A stretch of 64,000 nucleotides of DNA, taken from assembly GCA_044229975.1 (NCBI GenBank), contig JBGARZ010000002.1, forward strand, positions 256,001 through 320,000, written 5' to 3'. Within the stretch, counting starts at the first letter, position 1. The number at the start of each line of letters is the position of its first letter. This document shows positions 1 to 7,608 of the stretch, piece by piece. The stretch is from Polyangiales bacterium (GTDB taxonomy: Bacteria > Myxococcota_A > Polyangia > Polyangiales > Ga0077539). The notes under the pieces were generated by a model, which saw only the letters and a list, made by a program, of their open reading frames with translations, was not told the DNA's origin and did not search any database. The position numbers and the translations under genes were made by a program.

Positions 1-1382
1 AGACGCTGCGAAGCGCGGTGCCGGTGACCAAGGGGGCGAAGGGCGCGGCGATCAGCGACCAGCGGGTCGAGTCGTTTCCGGGGCTGTGGGACGCGTATCC
101 GCGGCCGCTGCTCACGCTGCTGGCGAAGGCGCGCGCGACGGAGGTGCAGCAGTTTGCGCTGCTGGCGGTGAGACGGCGGCATCCCGATTTGTTGCGTGAG
201 GCGACGGCGCAGGAGCTCGCCGACATGCTGACGGCGGCACACCCGGACGTGTTGGAGCTCGCGGTCAACGAGCTCGATCGGAGGTTCGATCCGGCGAAGC
301 CCGACTGGGCTTTGCTCGAAGCGTTGATGGTCGACGATCGCGCGGTGATTCGTGAGCACGCGGTCGCGATGCTGGCGCGTTGCGCCGATCAGTGGACCTC
401 GGACATCGAGCGGGTGATGCGCTACGTGGGCGCGTCGGACGCGGCGCTCCGATCGACGGCGGCGTCGGTGGTGCTGGCGGCGCTGCCCGCGGCGGACGCG
501 TGGTTTCGTCGCGAGCTTGCCGAGCGGGTGCTGGCGAAGTTGCAGTCCGTGGAGCCGACGGAAGGAGCGCACGATGGCTACGCGCGCGTCGCGCGAGATG
601 GGCTGTCCGAAGAGCTCAACGCCATCCTCGGGCTCGACGAGATTCTCGCGATGATCGACGGCGGGTCGATCGCGGCGAAGGTGGCGGGCGGGGCGCTGCT
701 GGGGTCGCGGCCCGAGGCGGTGGAGACGCTCGGGACCGATCGCATCCTGGCGATGGCGATGAGCGACATCGCGGCGGTGCGGGCGTCGGCGCACGCGCTG
801 CTCCACGGCGCGGTGGCGAAGCTGCGAGCTGATCCGTCGGTGCTCTTCGCGCTGACAGACTCGGAGTGGAAGGACACGCGGACCTTTGCGTTCGAGCTGC
901 TGCGCGGGCCGGTGGACGTCGCGGCGCTGGGCCTCGATGGCATCGTGGGCCTGTGTGATTCCAATCGCGAAGACGTGCAGGGCTTCGGGCGCGAGATGGC
1001 GCTCAAGCACTTCGACGCGCTCGACACCGCGGAGCTGCTGCACCGGCTGGCGGAGCACCCGTCGGCGGTGATTCGTCGCTTCGCGGTCGACCTCGCGGTG
1101 GCGCACTTGAAGGACGGCTTCGTGGCGCTGTCGCGGCTGGAGGCGTTCTTCCGCAGGTCGTTGTTGGACGTGCGGCCTGACCGGCGCGAGAAGCGTCTGG
1201 TGGTGGACTTCCTGCGCGAGCGCGGACTGCGCGACGAGCGGCAGGCAGAGGTCGCGTCGCGGGTGCTGGGTGAGTTCGTGCGGACGCGGGGGAAGGCGGA
1301 CTTCGAGAGCGCGCTCGATGCGCTGGTGCGACTGAAGCTGCGCTACCCCGAGGTCGAGTCGGTGGTCGGAGGTCTCGCGTGA
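1..1382 (+). CDS. HEAT/ARM-repeat alpha-solenoid protein (5'-truncated), putative retron-associated effector component
   Basis: The frame is open back to the window edge. Repeated Leu/Ala-rich helical units end in HEAT-like patterns (e.g. DDRAVIREHAV, SDIAAVRASAH, DSNREDVQGFG, EHPSAVIRRFAV). The stop overlaps the next start (GTGA 1379-1382). Confidence 0.75.
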   Translation, partial: TLRSAVPVTKGAKGAAISDQRVESFPGLWDAYPRPLLTLLAKARATEVQQFALLAVRRRHPDLLREATAQELADMLTAAHPDVLELAVNELDRRFDPAKPDWALLEALMVDDRAVIREHAVAMLARCADQWTSDIERVMRYVGASDAALRSTAASVVLAALPAADAWFRRELAERVLAKLQSVEPTEGAHDGYARVARDGLSEELNAILGLDEILAMIDGGSIAAKVAGGALLGSRPEAVETLGTDRILAMAMSDIAAVRASAHALLHGAVAKLRADPSVLFALTDSEWKDTRTFAFELLRGPVDVAALGLDGIVGLCDSNREDVQGFGREMALKHFDALDTAELLHRLAEHPSAVIRRFAVDLAVAHLKDGFVALSRLEAFFRRSLLDVRPDRREKRLVVDFLRERGLRDERQAEVASRVLGEFVRTRGKADFESALDALVRLKLRYPEVESVVGGLA

Positions 1383-3067
1383 TCGTCGAGTTCAAGTACG
1401 CGGGCCAGAGCGGCATCGTGAGCGGGCTGCGCGACACGCGGGTGGGTCTCGCGACCAACAGCGTGCGCGACCCGGCGTTCTTCAAAGGAGTGATGCGCTC
1501 GCCGACGCTCTTCCGTGAAGGGATGGCGGCGCTCTATTCGGTGGTCGTCAGCGACTACAAGTTTCGCCCGCGCGACCGGCTGGCCTTCAAGGCGTGGCTC
1601 GACCAGCAGGACCAGAAGTTTCTCGCCAACCTGGGCAACCGCACCGAAGACGCCAGGCGACGCATCGCGGCGCTCGAAGCCCGGCGCGATGTGCTCGACC
1701 AGAAGCGCATCGACCGGCTCAAGCCCTTCTACCGGGCGCGCGCCGAGTACTTCGACTGGGTCTACACGCACCAGTACGAGCTGAAGTACCTGCTCGACCC
1801 GGTCATCACGGTGCACCCCGACGAGCTGTCCTTCGAGGCGTTTTCGAAGGACGAGAGCTCGTACGCGCGGGTGGGCGTGAAGTACGACCTCTTCGAGAAG
1901 ATCGACGAGTTCGCGTGCGGCACGACGAACATCGACTTCAGCGCGTCGCTGCACGGTGAGCTCGATCGGATGCGGAGCTATCGCCGTACGCGCTTCGACA
2001 TCGACCCGTCGGGCCTGGCGGTGGCGCGCGAGGGGAGCGCGTCGCACAAGGAGAAGAAGATCGACCTGCCTGAGAGCTGGGTGAAGGGATTTCTCCAGGT
2101 GCAGTCGGCGATGACGCTGGGGCTCACGCGGCTGCGCATCGAGCCGGTGGACCTCTACAACCTCTGCCGCTTTCTCAAGCGCCACAAGGCCAAGGAGTCG
2201 CCGCGGGCGATGCGGTGGGAGCTGGTCCCGGGCAAGCGCGCGCGGGTGGTGTTCGAGCCGTGGGAGGCCGCGGTGGAGATGGGCGCCAGCGCGGTGTACG
2301 ACGGCCCGAAACCGGTGAGCATCCGGACGTGGGGTCGCGATCGGTTGAGCACCCTCGCCCGCATCATCCCGATGGCTCAGCGCATCGACGTGTTTCTCGC
2401 CGGCACGGGGCTGCCGACGGTGTGGCTGGTCGACCTGGGTGAGATCACGTTCACGCTCGCGCTCTCGGGTTGGACCGACAACGACTGGACGGCGGGCACC
2501 GGGCGCTTCGATCTCCTGTCGCGCCGGATGGATGCGTCTCCGTTGGAGCTCGCTTCGACCTGGGATGCCCTCAAGGTGCAGCGGCGTGGCACGGACGTGG
2601 GGCTCTCACAAGCGACGGGCCTGGGGCTGGAGAAGACCCGCAGCGCCCTCTCGTATCTGTGTCAGGTGGGAAGGGCGATGTACGACCTGGGTGGCGGCGT
2701 CTATCGACAACGCGAGTTGTTCGCGGAGCCGTTTACCACCAAGGAGGCGGTGGCCGCGGCGGTGGCGCCTGCGCCGAGCGAGACCTCGCCCGCCGGGCAG
2801 AAGGCGCAGACCATCTTCAACGCGGGGGGCGTGCTCATCACGGCGCGGCGCCCGGTGTCCAATGGATACAAGCTGTCAGGTAGCGTGAAGGGGGTGGACG
2901 GTTATCGGTATCGCCCGATGCTGGGAGTGGACGCCGCGGGGAAGATCCTGGAGGCGACCTGTACTTGCGCCTGGTCGCAGAAGCATGGTCTAACGCAGGG
3001 GCCTTGTGAGCATGTGCTCGCGCTGCGCCTCGGCCACATGCACCGGCTCGAAGCCGAGGGCGCGTAG
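1379..3067 (+). CDS. SWIM zinc-finger domain protein, retron-associated
   Basis: C-terminal CxC...CxH SWIM motif (ATCTCAWSQKHGLTQGPCEHVLAL), an N-terminal coiled-coil-like segment and a possible winged-helix segment (GLSQATGLGLEKTRSALSYL). It lies directly upstream of the retron ncRNA and RT. Confidence 0.85.
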   Translation: MIVEFKYAGQSGIVSGLRDTRVGLATNSVRDPAFFKGVMRSPTLFREGMAALYSVVVSDYKFRPRDRLAFKAWLDQQDQKFLANLGNRTEDARRRIAALEARRDVLDQKRIDRLKPFYRARAEYFDWVYTHQYELKYLLDPVITVHPDELSFEAFSKDESSYARVGVKYDLFEKIDEFACGTTNIDFSASLHGELDRMRSYRRTRFDIDPSGLAVAREGSASHKEKKIDLPESWVKGFLQVQSAMTLGLTRLRIEPVDLYNLCRFLKRHKAKESPRAMRWELVPGKRARVVFEPWEAAVEMGASAVYDGPKPVSIRTWGRDRLSTLARIIPMAQRIDVFLAGTGLPTVWLVDLGEITFTLALSGWTDNDWTAGTGRFDLLSRRMDASPLELASTWDALKVQRRGTDVGLSQATGLGLEKTRSALSYLCQVGRAMYDLGGGVYRQRELFAEPFTTKEAVAAAVAPAPSETSPAGQKAQTIFNAGGVLITARRPVSNGYKLSGSVKGVDGYRYRPMLGVDAAGKILEATCTCAWSQKHGLTQGPCEHVLALRLGHMHRLEAEGA

Positions 3068-3069
3068 GA

Positions 3070-3362
3070 TGTCGAAGGAGGTGTTTCGAGAGGTCGATCG
3101 AGGACGGGGCGTGGTGAGTGCCTTAGCAATCTGTGCGGCGTTACGCCGCGCTTGTCGAAGTGCCCGCCATTCGTCACGAGCCCGTTCATCACACGCGTAC
3201 CCCGACGGTGCCCGGCGCCGTTCTGGTTGGGTGCCTCCGGCACCACGGCGCCATGGCACCATCGGGGTACGCTTTCAGTGGAACGGTCGCGTCCCAGGGA
3301 TGTTCGTAAGCCCACCGCGCCCCGTCCCCGATCGATCCTCGAAGCACCACTCTCTTCCGACA
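3070..3362 (+). ncRNA. Retron msr-msd non-coding RNA
   Basis: Terminal inverted repeat 3080-3116 / 3313-3348 (about 36 bp with 3 G-U pairs, 1 mismatch and 1 bulge, extendable by TGTCG 3070-3074 / CGACA 3358-3362). Small msr-like hairpin GCGGCG-TTA-CGCCGC (3135-3149). Long msd-like hairpin 3195-3272. It sits immediately upstream of a retron-type RT. Confidence 0.9.
3080..3348. repeat. a1/a2 inverted repeats of the retron ncRNA (3080-3116 and 3313-3348)
   Basis: GGTGTTTCGAGAGGTCGATCGAGGACGGGGCGTGGTG pairs base by base with CACCGCGCCCCGTCCCCGATCGATCCTCGAAGCACC. Confidence 0.92.
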
Positions 3363-3375
3363 ACGGAGGTCGCCC

Positions 3376-4761
3376 GTGGCCATTGACCACAAGGCCGCCC
3401 TCTACCGACGCCTCGTGCGCGAGGCGAGCGACGGCGCCGCGGTCGACCGTATGCGCGTCAACGGCTTCTGGCCGTGGGACCAAGGGATCCCCGCCGACCC
3501 GGCCGCCGAGCGGAAGGAGCGGGCCGAGATCGAGGGCGAGATCGCGAAGATCCAGGCCCAGTCGACCAAGGCCATCGACCCCGACAAGGCGCTGGCCCAG
3601 GAGCGCAAGCGGCGCTGGGAGGAGAGCAAGAAGCGCCGCGCGGCGAAGCGCCAGGAGCGCATGGCCAAGGCGAAGAAGCGCCGGGGCGACTTCCTCCTCT
3701 ATCGACAGCGCAACATCCTGCACCTCGGGATGGGCGTCAGCGCCGGGCTTCAGGACACCAATCCCGACACGCGTGAACTCGCGCGGCGCGGACTCCCCGT
3801 CGCCACGCAAGGCGCCGACCTCGCGATGATGATGGGGGTTCCGCTCGGCACGCTGCGCTGGTTGTGCTTCCACCGGAGGGGGGCGGCGCTGGTGCACTAC
3901 CACCGCTTCGGCATCCCCAAGAAGAGTGGCGGCATCCGCGCCATCTCGGCCCCGAAGCCTCGGCTCGCCAACGCGCAACGCTGGGTCTTTCAGAACATCC
4001 TCGAACGCCTCGACGTCGCACCGCCCGCGCATGGCTTCGTGCGGCACCGCTCCATCCTCACCAACGCGACCCCCCACGCAGGTCGCGCCGTGGTGATGAA
4101 CCTCGACCTCAAGGACTTCTTTCCTTCGGTGACGTTTCGTCGCGTGAAGGGGCTCTTCCGCAAGGTCGGATACAACGAGCACGTCGCGACCATCCTCGCG
4201 CTGCTCTGCACCGAACCGCCGCGGGCGAGGGTCGAGGTCGACGGTCGGGTGATCTACCTCGCGCTCGGCGACCGCGTGCTGCCGCAGGGTGCCTGCACCA
4301 GCCCGGCGATCACCAACGCCCTGTGCAAGCGGCTCGATGCGCGTCTGTCGGCGCTCGCGGCGCGACACGACTTCACGTACACGCGCTACGCCGATGACCT
4401 CACGTTCTCGGGAGAAGACGCCGCGCGCGTGGGTCGACTGCGACGCAGCGTGGTGAGCATCGTGACGTCGGAGGGCTTCACCGAAAACGCCGCCAAGACC
4501 CGCGTCATGCACAAGGGGTCGCGGCAGGAGGTGACCGGGCTCACCGTCAACGAGCGGCCGACGATGCCGCGCGACGAGTATCGGCAGCTCCGCGCGATGC
4601 TCCACAACGCGGCGAAGCTCGGCCTGGAGAGCCAGAACCGCGCACACCATCCGGCGTTTGCACAGTACCTCCAGGGACGCGTGGAGTTTGCGTGCTGGGC
4701 CGATCCGACGCGGGCGCCGAAGCTACGAGAGGCCCTCGCGGCTGCCCTCGCGCGAGGCTGA
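3376..4761 (+). CDS. Retron-type reverse transcriptase with N-terminal charged helical extension
   Basis: RT motifs DLKDFFPS, LPQGACTSP and YADD (4387-4398). Retron-specific region X NATPH (4063-4077) and region Y VTG (QEVTGLTVN, 4531-4539). GGAGG RBS at 3365-3369 before the GTG start. Confidence 0.95.
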   Translation: MAIDHKAALYRRLVREASDGAAVDRMRVNGFWPWDQGIPADPAAERKERAEIEGEIAKIQAQSTKAIDPDKALAQERKRRWEESKKRRAAKRQERMAKAKKRRGDFLLYRQRNILHLGMGVSAGLQDTNPDTRELARRGLPVATQGADLAMMMGVPLGTLRWLCFHRRGAALVHYHRFGIPKKSGGIRAISAPKPRLANAQRWVFQNILERLDVAPPAHGFVRHRSILTNATPHAGRAVVMNLDLKDFFPSVTFRRVKGLFRKVGYNEHVATILALLCTEPPRARVEVDGRVIYLALGDRVLPQGACTSPAITNALCKRLDARLSALAARHDFTYTRYADDLTFSGEDAARVGRLRRSVVSIVTSEGFTENAAKTRVMHKGSRQEVTGLTVNERPTMPRDEYRQLRAMLHNAAKLGLESQNRAHHPAFAQYLQGRVEFACWADPTRAPKLREALAAALARG

Positions 4762-4770
4762 CGCCGCGCC

Positions 4771-7605
4771 CTACGGTGGGGCGACGAGCGGCACGGCGGC
4801 GATCATCACCACCGCGAACGCGACGGACGACTGAAGGCTGACGGCGCGCAATCGACGCGGGTCGTCGAAGGTGACGACGAGCTGCTGGGTTCCGCGGCGG
4901 AGCGCGAAGGGCGGGGCGTCTTCCACGGTGAGCGCGCCGGCGTCCCGCGCGTTGATCTGGAGGTAGATGCGCTGCACCGGCGCGGGCTGCCGAGCGCGGA
5001 GGGCGACGCGAACGCGTCGTTGAAAACGCGGGGCGTTGGAGCGCGAGCCGAGGATGGTGTTGCCGGGCTCCTGGGCGCGAGCGAGGAGGTCACCGGCGCG
5101 ATCGAGGGGGTCGTTGGCGCCGAGGCCCGACGCGAGGCGGGGCACGACGTCGGGGTCGCCGAGGCTGATGAGCGCGTCGAGCGCCGCGCGGCGAGTCAAC
5201 GGGTAGCGGGTGCGCGCGAGCGTGGCGACCAGCGGGGGAATCGCGGACGCGTCGCCGAGGGCGCCCAGCGCTTCGGCGCCGACGGGGGCGAGGCGCGGGC
5301 TCTCCAGCAGCGCCTGCCAGGTGGCGCGCGAGGTGGGTGATCGCGCCGCGAGGAGCAACGCGATGGCGCGGTCGCGCTCGGCGTCGGAGGCGTGCTCGTC
5401 GGCCGCCCACGCGTTGAGCACCGGGATCGCCGCGGGGACCCGAAGTGCAGCCAAACCGAGCGCCGCCCTCCGTCGCTGGGCCTCGTCCGACGTCGCGGTG
5501 AGCACGCGGGTGGCGATCTCCTGTCCGCGCGCGTCGCCCAGCATCACGAGCGACACGGCGGCCTCGTCGGACAAGGGCGCCGGTCGCGGCAGCAGCGAGG
5601 CGAGCGCTTCGCGGACCTCCGCCGAGCGGTCGTCGAGGTCACCGAGCACACGCGCTGCTCTCGCCGCGAGCTCGGGGTCGCTGGCGAGTAGCAGCATCGC
5701 GACCTCCCTGGCGGCGTTGCGATCCCCCTGGAGCGCCCGCGCGAGCGCCGCGGGGATGACGGCCTCGGTACGTCGTGAACGCGCCGCTGCTGCGTCGCCG
5801 TGGGCGCCCTCCCAGCCGACGACCAACGATCGCAGCGCTCGCGTTCGTGCGGGGTCTTCGTCGGCGCGGTTGCGGCGCTCGCCGGGGTCGCGGGTGAGGT
5901 CGTAGCGCTCAAGGGTTCCGTCGGCGTTGTCGACGATGAGCTTGTCGTCGCCGTCGACGACCATGCGGAGGGAGCCGGTCTCGGCGAAGGCCAGCGTGGG
6001 CGGGCGATCGGTGGTCGCCAACGCGCCGAGGTCGCTGCCCTCGACGCCGGGAGGGAGCGCGCTTCCGACGCCGCGGAGGATGGTGGGCAGGAGGTCGACC
6101 AGGCTCACCGGCGCGGAGACCACGCGCGGCGTCACGCCCGGCGCGACGATGATGAGCGGAACGCGCGCCTGCTCGTCGTAGAGGGAGGTTCCGTGGAAGG
6201 AGCCGCCGTGCTCGCCGAACTCTTCGCCGTGGTCGGCGGTGATGATCCAGGTGACGGGGCGCGCCCAGCCGTCGATGAGCGCGCCGAGGGCGTCATCGAC
6301 CGCGCTGCATTCGGCGTCGTAGCGGGCGCGGGCGTCGCTTCCGTAGGGGTGCTCCGGGTGGACGACGTAGGGCTCGTGCGGCTCGAAGAGGTGCAGCCAC
6401 GCGAAGCCATGTTGGTCGCGGCGGAGCGTTCGCGACCAGCGGAGGGCGTCCTGCACGCGGGTGTCGGCGGGGGCCCACGACTCGTCGGCCATCTGGAGAT
6501 CCCAATGACGAGAGGCCAACGTGCGGAAGCGATCGCCGTCGACGAAGAAGACCGCCGGCGGGTACCAGCCCGCGGTGGTGTAGCCCGCTTCGCGCAGACG
6601 ACCCGCGAGGGTCATGGTGCGACCGAAGCGCGCGCCGAGGGCCATGGCGGCGCGGGCGTGTGTTCCGGTCATGAGCGAGGCGAGCGAGTAGCTCGTATGC
6701 GGCGTGGCGGTGTACGCACGGCGGAAGAGCAGGCCGCGCGCAGCGAGCGCGTCGAGGCGGGGCATGCGACCGCGACCGCCGAGCGCGCGGAGGGCGTCGG
6801 CGCGAAGTGCGTCGACGGTGACCAGGACCACGTCGCCCTCGGAGAGGGGGAGAGATGCACCGTCGGTGCGGCGGGCGCGGCGGACGACAGGCGTCGCGTC
6901 GTCGCCCGGATGGAGGAGGCCGGCCAGGCGCGCCGTGTACTGGCCGAGCGGCGAGAGGCGTCGCACGGAGGCGCGGGCGCCGTGTCCCGAGAGTAGCGAG
7001 ATCACTGCCCACGTCATCAACGCGACGACGGGCGCGCGAACGAGCCACACGCGACGGCCCGAGGCGCGAGGTTCGTTGAGCGACGCGGCGCCGCACCACG
7101 CGGTCGTCGCGATCCAGGCGAGGAGCGCGTGCAGGAGCTCGTACTGCCGCACCAGCACCGTCGCGTGGATGAGGTAGAGCGCCGTCGCGCCCATCGCGAT
7201 GACCCAGGATGACGCGCGCAGCGGGCGCTCCCGGCGCGCGGCGAGGAGTCCCACGATGGCGCTCGCGACGACCGCGAGTGCAACCAGTGGGCGATGCAGG
7301 CCGAGGCGATGGATGCCCGTTCCGGAGAAGAGGGCGAGGCCCGCCCACGCGCCGAAGCCGGCCGCCGCGAGCGTCGCGACCGCGGGGCGCAGCGACGCGG
7401 GAATGCGCCGCCAGATCGCGGACGCCGCGACGCGAGCGACGCCGACCACCGTCACGGCGAGGGCCGACGCGCCGAGGACCGTGAACAATCCAACGGTCCA
7501 CGCACCCTGTGCATCGCGGGAGAGGGCCATCACGGCGTCGAGCACCGCCGCCGCTCCCGCGACCGCGAGCGTCGCGTCGATGGCCCTCCCGCGCGCGACC
7601 ATCAC
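4771..7605 (-). CDS. Membrane-anchored sulfatase/alkaline-phosphatase-superfamily protein with C-terminal HEAT repeats
   Basis: Several N-terminal TM segments; motifs DVVLVTVDALRAD, HLFEPHEPY, TADHGE and VSLVDLLPT; HEAT-like C-terminus. Confidence 0.8.
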   Translation of the reverse strand: MMVARGRAIDATLAVAGAAAVLDAVMALSRDAQGAWTVGLFTVLGASALAVTVVGVARVAASAIWRRIPASLRPAVATLAAAGFGAWAGLALFSGTGIHRLGLHRPLVALAVVASAIVGLLAARRERPLRASSWVIAMGATALYLIHATVLVRQYELLHALLAWIATTAWCGAASLNEPRASGRRVWLVRAPVVALMTWAVISLLSGHGARASVRRLSPLGQYTARLAGLLHPGDDATPVVRRARRTDGASLPLSEGDVVLVTVDALRADALRALGGRGRMPRLDALAARGLLFRRAYTATPHTSYSLASLMTGTHARAAMALGARFGRTMTLAGRLREAGYTTAGWYPPAVFFVDGDRFRTLASRHWDLQMADESWAPADTRVQDALRWSRTLRRDQHGFAWLHLFEPHEPYVVHPEHPYGSDARARYDAECSAVDDALGALIDGWARPVTWIITADHGEEFGEHGGSFHGTSLYDEQARVPLIIVAPGVTPRVVSAPVSLVDLLPTILRGVGSALPPGVEGSDLGALATTDRPPTLAFAETGSLRMVVDGDDKLIVDNADGTLERYDLTRDPGERRNRADEDPARTRALRSLVVGWEGAHGDAAAARSRRTEAVIPAALARALQGDRNAAREVAMLLLASDPELAARAARVLGDLDDRSAEVREALASLLPRPAPLSDEAAVSLVMLGDARGQEIATRVLTATSDEAQRRRAALGLAALRVPAAIPVLNAWAADEHASDAERDRAIALLLAARSPTSRATWQALLESPRLAPVGAEALGALGDASAIPPLVATLARTRYPLTRRAALDALISLGDPDVVPRLASGLGANDPLDRAGDLLARAQEPGNTILGSRSNAPRFQRRVRVALRARQPAPVQRIYLQINARDAGALTVEDAPPFALRRGTQQLVVTFDDPRRLRAVSLQSSVAFAVVMIAAVPLVAPP

Positions 7606-7608
7606 CGC

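Noticed and set aside
3006..3392. Short ORFs over the SWIM-RT intergenic region
   Set aside because: The region is explained by extensive base-pairing typical of msr-msd, and the translations are low-information R/A/P-rich sequences.
2902..4650. 582-aa antisense ORF across the RT and ncRNA
   Set aside because: It is a shadow of the RT gene caused by high-GC codon bias and has no recognisable motifs. The same applies to the many other long antisense or alternate-frame ORFs in the track.
3376..4761. RT as a group II intron, DGR or CRISPR-associated RT
   Set aside because: There is no maturase/HNH domain, no TR/VR repeat pair and no cas1 or array. It has the retron NAxxH and VTG motifs and an upstream a1/a2 ncRNA.
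1..4800. Mobile element or prophage carrying the retron
   Set aside because: No integrase, transposase, att-like repeat or obvious compositional shift is visible. The left boundary lies outside the window.
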